The translations under genes and the position numbers were made by a program. A stretch of 63,985 nucleotides of DNA, filler included, from Stramenopiles sp. TOSAG23-2 (taxonomy: Eukaryota): the NCBI GenBank assembly GCA_900128395.1. It is 9 parts of 9 records of this genome, joined end to end, with 100 filler letters (N's around TTAATTAATTAA, not from the genome) between each part and the next. Parts side by side here need not be neighbours in the genome. Positions count along the whole stretch, not along the records: positions 1 to 7,131 come from LT650354.1; positions 7,232 to 14,356 come from LT650355.1; 7 more parts are not named here. One strand, written 5' to 3'. Position 1 is the stretch's first letter. Each line of letters begins with the position of its first letter. Under the pieces are notes generated by a model. It saw only the letters and a program-made list of their open reading frames with translations, was not told the origin of the DNA and made no database searches. Shown here one piece after another: positions 1 to 10,755 of this stretch.

Positions 1-18
1 AAAAGGAAAGAAAGTTAA

Positions 19-411
19 ATGATGTCCAGTAAAGTAGTGCTCCAATTCAAATATTATTTGGATAAGAATAACAAGATAAATAATGAAGCTAAGTATGCGG
101 ACCGTTTGGTCGTTTCTATTGATAGTCTTGGAAAATTTGTACGGGTTGGGTCAATTGGATGTGAATTCGATCTAATTGTAATGGATGAAGCCGTTACCAT
201 TATGAACCACTTTGGTACCAATTTCTTCAATGACAGTCGAAAAGCCATGTCTCTGTTTATTAGACTATGCCGCGAAGCTGAACATATGATAGTATTGGAT
301 GCCGATTTAGACAAATCTACTATAATTAAATTTCGGTCGGTTGGTTTGGGGGGGGGGATGATGGATTCTATTTATTATACATGTGTATACTATAGATATG
401 AAAGCATGTGA
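19..411 (+). pseudogene. Fragment of a UL9/replication-origin-binding-type SF2 helicase (possible endogenous viral remnant)
   Basis: Motif run YYLD...DRLVVSIDSL...FDLIVMDEAVTIMNHF...A..MIVLDADLD resembles motifs Ia-III of Herpes_ori_bp-like helicases. No Walker A upstream (in-frame stop at 16-18), and similarity ends near 330. Confidence 0.6.
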
Positions 412-682
412 TGATGATGTCAGATGTAATGTACAGACGTATTGTTTGTTATATGTATTCTTGTACATGTTGCTCATGAGAGAGTGGATGTACATATATT
501 TGTTTGTTTGGCCATATTAAAAATATATAAACTAAAACGGATACGGTAACACGCGGAGGTGCAAAAATGCAAATAGAGTATAGCATTATATAGGGGGTTT
601 AGAGTACCAACAGGTGGTAGGCCATGTAAATCCACTTTTTCCCGGAAAATGCAGTGCTATAATGGACAGTGCTCAAAATAAA

Positions 683-839
683 ACTATTCACTATGGGGTA
701 AATATGTATTATATATCGTTTTCTAAAAAAATGCCAATTTTATTTTTCATATGCAACGTGCATATCTTTGTGGTAAAAAATAGCAAATATCCGGAAATAT
801 TAGAAAAAATGATGAATATTTCCCCCCATAGTGAATAGT
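683..839. mobile_element. MITE-like element, copy 1
   Basis: Perfect 16-bp TIR ACTATTCACTATGGGG...CCCCATAGTGAATAGT, 157 bp long, non-coding; homologous copy at 13090-13224. Confidence 0.8.
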
Positions 840-989
840 CTTAAGTTAAAGTGCACAGTTTAAGTTATTTTTTGAAGGTGAAATGGCATCAGGGTTTTTA
901 ATAAACCCCAGAGGGTATAATTATTAATTAGAAAAGAATTATAGAAAGTAAATATATTATACACGGAAAAAAAAGAAAGAGATATATAT

Positions 990-1330
990 ATAGAAAACGA
1001 GATAAAATAAAAAAAAGTAAACGTACCCTGATTTTAAATAACATTGTATTTGACTCGGGTGTGATTCAATAAAAATTGACGAAAAAAGAATAATCAGGTC
1101 TTATTGAAAACGAGATAGAATAAAAAAAAAGTAAACGTACCCTGATTTTGATAACAGTGCATTTGACTCGGGTGTGATTCAATAAAAATTGACGAAAAAA
1201 GAATAATCAGATCTTATAGAAAACGAGATAAAATAAAAAAAAAAAGTAAACGTACCCTGATTTTAAATAACATCGTATTTGACTCGGGGTGATTCAATAA
1301 AAATTGACGAAAAAAGAATAATCAGATCTT
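990..1330. repeat. Tandem repeat, 3 copies of a ~113-bp unit
   Basis: Unit GAAAACGAGATA...GTAAACGTACCCTGATTTT...GACTCGGG...AATAATCAG(G/A)TCTT starts at 993, 1106 and 1219. Confidence 0.95.
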
Positions 1331-1424
1331 CCATTGGAATTGTTTCTGATCGTAGAACATTTATACGTACTAGTGTTGGATCATATTTCACATTTCACAA
1401 CTTTTGAAAAAACGAATCAACGTA

Positions 1425-2711
1425 ATGTCTTGTTTTGAATTTCTTCTGTTATTGCCAATGTTGATAATCTTATTAGCTACTTGGCCGTTACTCCTCTTAA
1501 TCATCCCGTTTGCATACTGTGTTCGAAAGGTAACGAAGGGGATTGGATTCTCAAAAAAAACTCAGAAAGCTGCTATTTATGACTTCCGAGCTGCTGATAA
1601 TATCAGGGTAACTTCGAACGCGTTGGTCCCAGAACTGAAGGCGGGGCATTGCATAGTCAAGATCCATGCTGCCGGGGTGAATCCAGTGGACGCGAAGGGT
1701 ATAGTAGGAGACAAATTTCCAGAGGGATGGATGTGGTTTTGGTTTCGCATGGTTTCTGGTCAAACTGTTGGGTTTGACTTTTCTGGTGAAATTGTAAACG
1801 TTGGAGTCAATGAATCCGACTTTAAAGTTGGGGATGAGGTGTTTGGCTTAAACTATCAATTTCTTCCTATAGGTGTTGGGAAGTTTGGTGGGACTCTTCA
1901 AGAATTTGCTCTGGTGCCGTTACACGAGATATGGCAAAAACCGAAATCGCTTACTCATGTCGAAGCTGCAGCTTTGCCTTTGGTGGGATTGACCTGCCTT
2001 CAAGCTTTTGAGCAACATGGGATAAAACAAGGAGACCGACTCTTAGTTGTCGGTGCATCAGGAGGAGTGGGTCATGTAGCCACCGGTATTGCATCGAGGA
2101 AGGGTGTTAATGTGACCGGGATATGTTCCACTTCGAAGGTAGAATTTGTTCAAAAAATGGGAGCCGCTAAAGTTGTTGACTACCGTGCAAAGGAACCTGC
2201 TATAAAACAACTTCAAAATTTAGCAACCAAGGACGGAAAGTTCGATATGGTTTTCGATACAGTCAGCTCGGCTGATAGCCGTGACAAAGCGGCGAACTAT
2301 GAAAGCCAAATTCGATCGTCTGAGCCCCCAATTATTAAAGTAGCGCATGGTTCTCAAGCGGAGAAAGGTGTTGATAAGCATAATTACGTAGTGTTTGGTG
2401 GAATTTTTATATCATGGATGCGAGCATTAATTAAGCGTCTAAGTAGGAAATCTTGCTGCTGCACATGCAATTTCTTCCCGAAAGGATTTGAGCTTTTCTG
2501 GATTGATATGCCACATGGTACCCGGTATTTGAAAGATTTACAGGAACTGTGTGATAACCAGGGATTGCGCCCAAAAGTTTCGAAAGTACTACCATTCGAT
2601 ACTGAAGGTTGTCAAGCTGCTTTTCATGCACTAAATCCTCCAAAATCTGAAAAGCGGTCGACTGCGGGGAAAATAGTGATTGATATGGTGCAGAAGCCCA
2701 CTCAGCTGTGA
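1425..2711 (+). CDS. Medium-chain dehydrogenase/reductase (NADPH:quinone reductase/RTN4IP1-like) with N-terminal membrane anchor
   Basis: AAGVNPVDAK, GFDFSG, AAALPLVGLT, VVGASGGVG (Rossmann fold) and GKIVI motifs; first ATG at 1425. Confidence 0.88.
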   Translation: MSCFEFLLLLPMLIILLATWPLLLLIIPFAYCVRKVTKGIGFSKKTQKAAIYDFRAADNIRVTSNALVPELKAGHCIVKIHAAGVNPVDAKGIVGDKFPEGWMWFWFRMVSGQTVGFDFSGEIVNVGVNESDFKVGDEVFGLNYQFLPIGVGKFGGTLQEFALVPLHEIWQKPKSLTHVEAAALPLVGLTCLQAFEQHGIKQGDRLLVVGASGGVGHVATGIASRKGVNVTGICSTSKVEFVQKMGAAKVVDYRAKEPAIKQLQNLATKDGKFDMVFDTVSSADSRDKAANYESQIRSSEPPIIKVAHGSQAEKGVDKHNYVVFGGIFISWMRALIKRLSRKSCCCTCNFFPKGFELFWIDMPHGTRYLKDLQELCDNQGLRPKVSKVLPFDTEGCQAAFHALNPPKSEKRSTAGKIVIDMVQKPTQL

Positions 2712-2841
2712 AAATAAAAAAATAAAAATCAGTAAACATATATACAAAGTATGTAATATAATAGTAGTGTTTATAAATATATTTTGAGAAGATGTAAAAA
2801 TATATTCATACGAACGTATGTACACACTTTCTTTTTAAACT

Positions 2842-3528
2842 CTAGGGTGTTTCATTTAAAAATTTCCCTAATCCATTTTGTGCTGTTTTTTTTAATAATT
2901 GTTCTATTACAGTAAATTGTATTAAAGGCTTCATATCCTCTAAATCCAATTTATATGGATCATCCTGCGACGATGATGTTTTTTTTTCTTTTAGTTCTGA
3001 TACTAGTGGAAGTAAATCCTTTACTTTATCATTTAATTGTTTTACACCATTAGAGTCTGATGTTTTTAATAATTCTAAATATTCTTTTTGCAATTTAATA
3101 GAATATTCATCTATTTCGTTTTCAAATTGTTTTCTTAAATTATTTTCTTCTTTCCCATATAATACATTGTCAAATAATAAATCTTCTGAGACTCTAAAAG
3201 CTCGATATATCTTTAATAGTTCAAAATCTTCATTATAATCTTTCATTGATGTAACTAGACTTTCCTCACCTCCATCTTCACTTGTTATATCCTTCCATTC
3301 AATTGTATATTGATTCTGTAAAACATTTTCTATAGTCTCTCCCTTTTCATCTTCATCTTTCTCATTGCATTTTTGTCTTAACATATTATATATGTCCTCC
3401 TTTCCTAACCAATCCATTATATTATTTAAAAATAAAATAATATTTTCCCTTTTCTTTACTACATCTTCATTTGGAAGCAACGTCGTTTCAACATCATTAG
3501 TATTTATCGCAACTGCAATTGATGACAT
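2842..3528 (-). CDS. Hypothetical acidic, helical protein (228 aa)
   Basis: Long ATG-started ORF in very AT-rich DNA with (TA)n upstream, like other genes here; no recognised motif. Confidence 0.6.
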   Translation of the reverse strand: MSSIAVAINTNDVETTLLPNEDVVKKRENIILFLNNIMDWLGKEDIYNMLRQKCNEKDEDEKGETIENVLQNQYTIEWKDITSEDGGEESLVTSMKDYNEDFELLKIYRAFRVSEDLLFDNVLYGKEENNLRKQFENEIDEYSIKLQKEYLELLKTSDSNGVKQLNDKVKDLLPLVSELKEKKTSSSQDDPYKLDLEDMKPLIQFTVIEQLLKKTAQNGLGKFLNETP

Positions 3529-4342
3529 CTTTTAATCAATAAGCATACGGCGCAATGTATATATATATATAATGCATACAATCGGGTATATATATATATG
3601 TCTGATGCATACAATCGTATAGATGGGATCAATATCGCTCCGCACCCCTCCTATCCATCTTTATCTGTTTAATTACATGTATATATTAAAAATATATATG
3701 GTGTTGGAGTTTGTTATAAATATTTATTTATACATATAAATTCCAATTGTATATCAAGAAATAATGTTTATGATCATGCCAGATAATTTTATGTACTTGT
3801 TATGTCTAGTATTGTCGTCGTTCATTGTCATATATTCCATAAATATAAATATATTATTATAAATATCCGTATTTTTGCTCATTTTGTTGCAGGTAGTAGA
3901 AGGTAAATTAAAATAGTGGGTGAATGCAAAATTCACAATGCTATTTATATGCTAAATTCAAAAAGATTGGGTTAATTAAACGAATATATCTTACTATTAC
4001 ACAAAAAGGAAAAATTTCTGAAAAAAATCGTTCATACTTTTTTTAAAATATATTAAGTATATATAATTGTATACTAAGATTACCATTTTATTTGATATAA
4101 GTATTAGTATACAAATATATATACTTAATATATTTTTAAAAAAGTATGAACGATTTTTTGCAGAATTTTTCCTTGTGTGCTTGTGTAATGTGTGTATAAT
4201 AGTAAGAATTGCAAAAGGAGATATGTATATATGTATGTAGCGTTTATATATACAGAGAGATCTAGAACGACAAAAGTGGCAGCGGGGGGGAATCTTATAT
4301 ATATATTATAATTCATTTATATTTTTTTCTATAAAGAGAAAG

Positions 4343-6141
4343 ATGGCATTACAAAAAAGTATATCGATAGCATTTGAAGATGAGATTGGTGGATTATCAA
4401 AGAAAATGTCTGGGGAGATTCTCAATTTTTTTATTCCCAATACTATCAAAAAAAGAAAGAGAAGACGAGACAAGTTAAAACGTGCAGTATTAAAAGCTAA
4501 TGCTGTAAATGCTCTTTCGGGAAATGATAGTGTAGCACCTTCAATTGGATTAAAGAAACAAATATCAGTTACAGTATATGATGAAGAGGAAAATACAGTA
4601 AAAGAGGAAGTGCAAGAAAATATACCTGATGGTAAACGTACAGTTGAACTGATTAACAAGGAAATGCAAGAAGCTATGAAAAATAGAGATATTAAAGCAG
4701 TGAGGCGTTTAATGGCAGAAAGAGCTAGTGTGCAAGCAGCAGCAGTACAAGAAGTTGAAGAAGATCTTCCACAATGTCCTATTTGTTTTGATGATGATCC
4801 GGTAGGAATGATTCATTTAAAGTGTGGTCATGTTGGTCACTACGATTGTTTAAAGCAACAAATTGATTCCGGATATTCAGGAAAACGAATATCCTTCAAT
4901 TATTTAAAATGTTCTGCTTGCAGGCAAGATCTGGAAGAAGAAAAAGGTAGCGCAAAATTAGTAAAGCTGCTAAAGCCGCATTTTAAATTAAAAAAAGAAA
5001 TAACTGCTTTATCAGTGAAAGAATGCGTTGACAATGCTTACATACCGAATTTTAAAACAATGTTGAGAAGTCAAAAAAAAAATGCAGAAGCAGCTGCACT
5101 TGCAGAAGTTGCTTGTTATTATTGTGCCACTTGTAAGAAACCATTTAGTGCAGGACGTGTTGATTGTATGAATGATATGGGCATCGACGTTTCAGTAGTT
5201 AAATGTGGGGAATGTTTGTGGAATTCTCGGCCACCAAGTGCTCGTAAATGTACGAAGCATACTGGTAAATGGGATCCAATTTATAAATGTGACCACTGTT
5301 GTGGAGTAGCAAGTTATATATGTGGGAATGATTATTATTGTGAGCAATGTCATACGCCTCCGTATCCCCCTGGACATAAGTGGAAGTTAGCTAAACCATA
5401 TGAAAAGAGAAAAGTTGGACAAGGTCAAGAATGTCGTGGATATGGGAAATGTACATTGGGTATTAAACATCCAAAAAATGGAACGAGACATGTTGGATTT
5501 ATTATTGGTTGTACAAAATGTGAAGGACCTGCTTTTAAGCATCAACCAGTATTTGCAAAAGATGATAAAAAACCAGCTGTTGCTCCCGGAGGCAATGTGG
5601 CAATAATAAAAAAGGATGGCGGAATCGAACCTCCAAATCATGTTAAATTGAAGGGTTCCTTGTATTGTTGGATCGGTAATGTCGGCTGTAACGAAATTTA
5701 TTATCGGGCTGGTGATTACAAAGGAAAACCATTATTTAGAAGAAGAGGAAATCCAAAAGATACAATACGATGTAAGTACATATTTGTTGCCTCCTATGCA
5801 TATAGCTATGTAATTTTAACCCTTAAATAACCTTTTTTCTAATGATAAAATTCTCTCATATATATATACATTTAGGGAATGGACGTGATGCCTGGACAAT
5901 AAATTCTGAGGAATGTTGGTTTAATCCAATCCATTGTAGTTATAAGAAAGCTGCTCATGCTAATTTGCCACCAAAAAATGGATGGTTGTTCAATCCATTG
6001 CAAATTATTGTTGGATGCGGGATTCCAGTAATGATGTCATGTGGTCTCAATTTATTAAATATATTTTTTGAGCCATATCTAGAATATAAAATCATTAAAA
6101 ACAATGGTGGACCGCCATTTGTGAATGAAATGGAAAGATAA
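4343..6141 (+). CDS. MYCBP2/PHR-type RING-Cys-relay E3 ubiquitin ligase (2 exons: 4343-5771, 5876-6141)
   Basis: RING CPICF...CGHVGHYDC...GKRISFNYLKC is followed by a tandem-cysteine-domain pattern YYCATCKKPFSAG..DC, CGEC, CTKH, YKCDHCC.VA...C, CEQCH, C.LG.KHP..G...GCTKC. Intron GTAAGT(5772)...TTAG(5875) restores the frame (DTIR-W-NGRDAW). Confidence 0.85.
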
Positions 6142-6307
6142 TTTTTTACGGAGGGCATGATATTTTAAAGACAACAAATTTACTTCGTACATGTTTAATA
6201 ACATTTTTAATATGGAGACACATGTAAATATTTTTGAAAAAAAAATATTTTAAATTAAAATATGTAATTTGTATAATTTTTTATGACACATTACATTATT
6301 TTTTTTA

Positions 6308-6658
6308 TTATTTTTTGCTTGCCTTATTGCTTGATGAGCCACCAAAACTATTGTCAATCTTACGAGTAACGACAACAGGCGGCAAGTTAGTACTTCCACG
6401 TTCTTCCCAACACTTCAGTGATGCCATCACCATGAAATCTCGCATATTACCACATGCAATAAAATTGAATCCTCTTGGAACGGTCCCTTCAACACCAGGT
6501 TGGGCAATGCGACAAGATTCTTTTGCTGTTATCCATAATTGTCTTAATACATCGCAGCCATCATTAAATTTCTCATTGCTTATTTCATTGTCAATTTTTT
6601 TTTCATCCATATCCATACAATTTTCAATACTTTTTTGAAATTTTTCAATCATATCCAT
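6308..6658 (-). CDS. Hypothetical protein (116 aa)
   Basis: ATG-started ORF with coding-like composition relative to its flanks; no motif recognised. Confidence 0.5.
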   Translation of the reverse strand: MDMIEKFQKSIENCMDMDEKKIDNEISNEKFNDGCDVLRQLWITAKESCRIAQPGVEGTVPRGFNFIACGNMRDFMVMASLKCWEERGSTNLPPVVVTRKIDNSFGGSSSNKASKK

Positions 6659-7131
6659 ATTGTATGATAATGTTTTTTGATGTTTGGTATATTGTAAGTA
6701 TTTTTAATGAAAATATTATTTAATATTTAAATCTTTGCTGTAATCTTGACTAAATGTATTTTTTGTTCCAACTTGTTTTTGTATTATGATATAGTATGTT
6801 TAATATATGTGTATATATGTGCGTTATTGGTGCATATCGGAGAAAGCATTTGAGAACAAGAACTCTGTAAAAAAAGGAATTGGGAATTGGGAACTTCAAA
6901 ATGTGGGCTCTTTTTACAGGTATTATAGCATGAAAGACCCGTGAGAGCATTATTGTGATATCATATAATAATGTAAGAACTTATACTTACACACAGATAT
7001 TAATAATAATTAGTATTTTGATGCTATATTTCATAAATTTTTTTTATGTATTTTTTTATATTTTACGAGTAATATTTTGTACACTTTAAATAATTTTTTA
7101 TGTATGCACACACCATATATCTATTTTTACC

Positions 7132-7231
7132 NNNNNNNNNNNNNNNNNNNNNNNNNNNNNNNNNNNNNNNNNNNNTTAATTAATTAANNNNNNNNNNNNN
7201 NNNNNNNNNNNNNNNNNNNNNNNNNNNNNNN
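7132..7231. other. Artificial contig spacer
   Basis: N44-TTAATTAATTAA-N44 (six-frame stop linker). Confidence 0.98.
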
Positions 7232-7508
7232 ATGCTTCATCACGTACACGCTCAAAATCATCACATCCAAATCGTTTTCTACATTGCTGGATCAAAGATG
7301 ATCGTTTCACATTACATAATGATCGAATATCTAAATGTAGAAGTATTTTTGTCATGATCCCGCACGCAGACTCAAAACCAGCTGGTAAAACTAATGTACC
7401 AATTTCAATAGGTTCCGCACGTTCTTCTTCTAACGCTTCAATCGTGGATTGTTTTAAAAGCGTACGTTGTCGTTTTGCAGGTGGTGGATTGGTTGTAAGG
7501 GATGCCAT
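7232..7508 (-). CDS. 5' part of a probable F-box-like protein, truncated by contig end
   Basis: NLS-like PPAKRQR, then IMTKILLHLDIRSLCNVKRSS (F-box-like); runs into the spacer. Confidence 0.5.
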
Positions 7509-8003
7509 GGTTGTATATATGTATATATATATATATATATGTATATGTATATTTCTATATATATATATTTCTCTTCAACATTTTTCTATATCTATTTATT
7601 CATTTCTTAGTTCATCAGAGAAGAATTATAAAATAATTGTCAAAATACATTGAAAATCATCACGTTCACGTGTGAAATATAGAAAGTATATAGAAAGTCG
7701 AAAAATATTTATCGCATGAATATATATCATTTTACACTCTTCTACCTTTTAACAAACAAAAACACAAATTGAATATAAGCACAACACACCAATACATTTT
7801 TTTTTACGAACGCACGAACGCATGTAATGAATTTGTTATTCACTCTTGAAACTCTTTTGACACCATTGTGATGGTATATTTCTTGATGAATGGAACTTCT
7901 CTTGAAAAAACATGGACTTACAAATGCATTTACCTCTCGTGAGAACATATATACTCGAATTCACACGTTCATAACAGTTTGTATTCAACATCTATCATAT
8001 ATA

Positions 8004-9041
8004 TTATTTGACACTGCATACAAATAAAGCACATGATAAACAACTATATGGATCATCATTTTGATTCTCGGATCCAACACATATATATGGGACTCTTGAA
8101 AATGCATTGACATTAAAATTTAAATCATTTAAATGTTCAATTGTTTTATCAATAAATTCTTCAAACGTCGTTTGTATATCTAATTTATCAAACGTTTCAG
8201 CTTGTTCTGCTTTTAATACATCCTTTTCAACTACAAATGGACGGTGTGGATACGTCAATGCAATTATTAATTTACCATTGCTATTTTGTAAACATGCATG
8301 TGCATCTTTTAACATCGTAAGTGGTTTATCGCATCGATCTAATACATTCAACATTGATATTAGATCAATCGTATTCATCTTCTTATCGTTAATGTTTGCG
8401 CTAGTAGTGGTAATAAATTTCTTTATCCTGGTTTCAAAATGTACATTTGTGATGAAAGGATTGTTCTTTAATGATTCGATACAACCAGCTGATGCTTCCG
8501 TCACTTCAATATTTTTAAATAATGGATAATATGCTACTTGTGTAACATATCCATCCCCTGCACCTACATCTAATACGGTGTTGAACTTTATTGATGACGA
8601 CGACGTTGTGCTGTTGTTTATATTGTTCTTATCATTATTTACAGTACTCATGGTGGTTTCATCATCATCTTGTATTTTCAAAAGGTTCAATAATGTTATA
8701 GAATCTAATACAAACATTTTATTTATTTGTAACAATGATGCTGCATCCACATGCCTCATGCCAAAGAATCCGGTTAATACATCCTTCAATTTCTGCTGCA
8801 TCATTGTATGTGGTGGATTCATTTTTATAAATCTTTCACCTTCTTTTGTGAATGTTGATTGTATAAATTTACTAGAATGAAACGAATAATGATTTACATT
8901 ATCATATTCATAATATGATTGATCTGGTTTCCATAATATTTGTTGCAATGATGAGGATGATGGTATTGTTTTCTTTGCATGGTTCTTTTTATTCAATCCA
9001 TTTGATACATTTGCGATTAACTTGTATATAAATTGTCTCAT
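8004..9041 (-). CDS. METTL9: Protein-histidine methyltransferase, DREV family
   Basis: MFVL, LDVGAGDG.VT, TEAS, DLISMLNVLDRCDKP, LTYP.RPFV and RVPYIC.G motifs; first plausible ATG at 9041. Confidence 0.85.
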   Translation of the reverse strand: MRQFIYKLIANVSNGLNKKNHAKKTIPSSSSLQQILWKPDQSYYEYDNVNHYSFHSSKFIQSTFTKEGERFIKMNPPHTMMQQKLKDVLTGFFGMRHVDAASLLQINKMFVLDSITLLNLLKIQDDDETTMSTVNNDKNNINNSTTSSSSIKFNTVLDVGAGDGYVTQVAYYPLFKNIEVTEASAGCIESLKNNPFITNVHFETRIKKFITTTSANINDKKMNTIDLISMLNVLDRCDKPLTMLKDAHACLQNSNGKLIIALTYPHRPFVVEKDVLKAEQAETFDKLDIQTTFEEFIDKTIEHLNDLNFNVNAFSRVPYICVGSENQNDDPYSCLSCALFVCSVK

Positions 9042-9312
9042 CGTAGGTGTTGTTCTTATTACTATTTTATCTTTTTCTATGTAGTACGTAGTACGTATTA
9101 TAGTTATATTTATTTTAATAGATTTAAAGTTCAAATAATCAAATAAGATTTTACTATATATTTTTATCAATAAAATTTTTAAATTATAAACAAACACATG
9201 ATTGATATATGTGTTCTATCGGAATTTTTACATTTTTGTTTTTCGTTTTAAGATCTTTTCACCCTCCTTATGTATTTAAGCATAACATGTCACAGACGAC
9301 ATATATATATAT

Positions 9313-10755
9313 TTAACCTAATGATGCACGGAATAATTGCGGTCCGCTTACTTTCATATTTTCCACTGAACGTCGTAATGATTCACCACCATTCCAATTT
9401 TCATCATATGCATCAGGCATTTTCACTGGCTCGTCGGATAGATCCCATTCAATAGTATCTACCATTTGTGAATCTGGTGCCATCATATTATCCAAACTGA
9501 ATTTAAACGTATCGCTCATTTGAAATTGGGAGATGCTCATATTGTTATTACCAATCGATGTATTGTATTTATTATTATTTCGATTGCTTTTCCTATAATT
9601 ATTATTATTGTTATTATTTCTCGTCGTTGACGTGCTAGTGGTGCTAGTAATAATATTGGTTTGATTTTTAGATGGCCTATTTGTTGATTTTTCATAATTA
9701 AATTTTCTGTTCATTTCCAAACGTAAAAAACCTGCAGTCATTTCCATGATTCGATTTGAATCGACTTTTTGCAATGGTGCACGATCACCACCCCATTTCG
9801 ATGGGCTGTTTTTTAAGACACCATTGCCATTTTTCGATCCCATACCAACATTAGGTGTTTTTGGCAACAATGGTGCTGTGCCACTACGTCCTAATGCACT
9901 ATATAAATTTTTTAACAAATCTCGATCTTCTGGTGAATCCAATTGTAAAGATGCACCTAATGCTGGTGCTTCGATTGCATTTGCTTTATCGTAGAAACTA
10001 TTACGGCCTTTCGTTGCCATCGTAAATGGCGATTCGTTTGTAAATAAATCAGCAATTGCATCACGATCATCGTAATTACCACCACGTGTTTTACCACCAC
10101 GATTTTGCATACTTTGTGTCCATTTCCTATTCATTAATGAGTTCCATCTGTTTTTCACTGCATTTTCTGGTCTCCCTGGTAAACGTTTAGCAATTTCACA
10201 CCATCGATTGCCAACAGCAGCTTGAACTTCCAATAAAATTTTATCTTCATCCGGTGTCCATGGTAATTTTGAAACATTTGTATCTAAATGATTTTTCCAA
10301 CGTTCCCGACATTGCTTGCCTTTTCTTCCAGGTACATGTGCTGCTATTACACTCCATTTTTTTGGACCATATCGTTTCACTAACTTATTTAATAATGCAT
10401 CTTCATCTCGTGTCCATGGACCTTTGACAGGTGGGCCTTTAATAATTTCCCAACGTTCTTGTACATTTTCTGCATTGAAGACACGGCGTACGCCTTTTGC
10501 AACATCAGACCAATTCCCTTCCCCGTGATCTTTAATAGCCTCTAATAGTTTGGCATCATCTTCTTCCGACCATGTTAAACTATCACTTTCCTCTTTACGT
10601 TTGGAGGAACCATTTTGACCTTGTAACTTGGAATTTGTTGATGGGGTATATGCTGGAGACGGTGCACCACGTCTTACACCTAATGATGATTCCAACGATG
10701 TATCAATCGATGATGGTGCTCTTTGTTTTTTTCTTCTTATTGTTGTCCTAGACAT
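9313..10755 (-). CDS. R1R2R3 (3R) MYB transcription factor
   Basis: Three Trp-spaced repeats: WSEEDD..W..VA, KGPWTRDED..KKWS.IA..PGR.GKQCRERW.NHL, PWT.DED..GNRW.EIAK.LPGR.ENAVKNRWNS. Confidence 0.93.
   Translation of the reverse strand: MSRTTIRRKKQRAPSSIDTSLESSLGVRRGAPSPAYTPSTNSKLQGQNGSSKRKEESDSLTWSEEDDAKLLEAIKDHGEGNWSDVAKGVRRVFNAENVQERWEIIKGPPVKGPWTRDEDALLNKLVKRYGPKKWSVIAAHVPGRKGKQCRERWKNHLDTNVSKLPWTPDEDKILLEVQAAVGNRWCEIAKRLPGRPENAVKNRWNSLMNRKWTQSMQNRGGKTRGGNYDDRDAIADLFTNESPFTMATKGRNSFYDKANAIEAPALGASLQLDSPEDRDLLKNLYSALGRSGTAPLLPKTPNVGMGSKNGNGVLKNSPSKWGGDRAPLQKVDSNRIMEMTAGFLRLEMNRKFNYEKSTNRPSKNQTNIITSTTSTSTTRNNNNNNNYRKSNRNNNKYNTSIGNNNMSISQFQMSDTFKFSLDNMMAPDSQMVDTIEWDLSDEPVKMPDAYDENWNGGESLRRSVENMKVSGPQLFRASLG

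Noticed and set aside
990-1330. CRISPR array
   Set aside because: Whole units repeat with no unique spacers, there are no cas genes, and the context is eukaryotic.
4650-4725. UVR (UvrB/C)-like helical hairpin in the RCR ligase N-terminus
   Set aside because: LINKEMQEAMKNRDIKAVRRL is only loosely similar and lacks the FE.AA core; too weak to call.
7176-7187. Recurring TTAATTAATTAA as a biological motif or CRISPR-like repeat
   Set aside because: It is always centred between two 44-N runs; it is an assembly linker.
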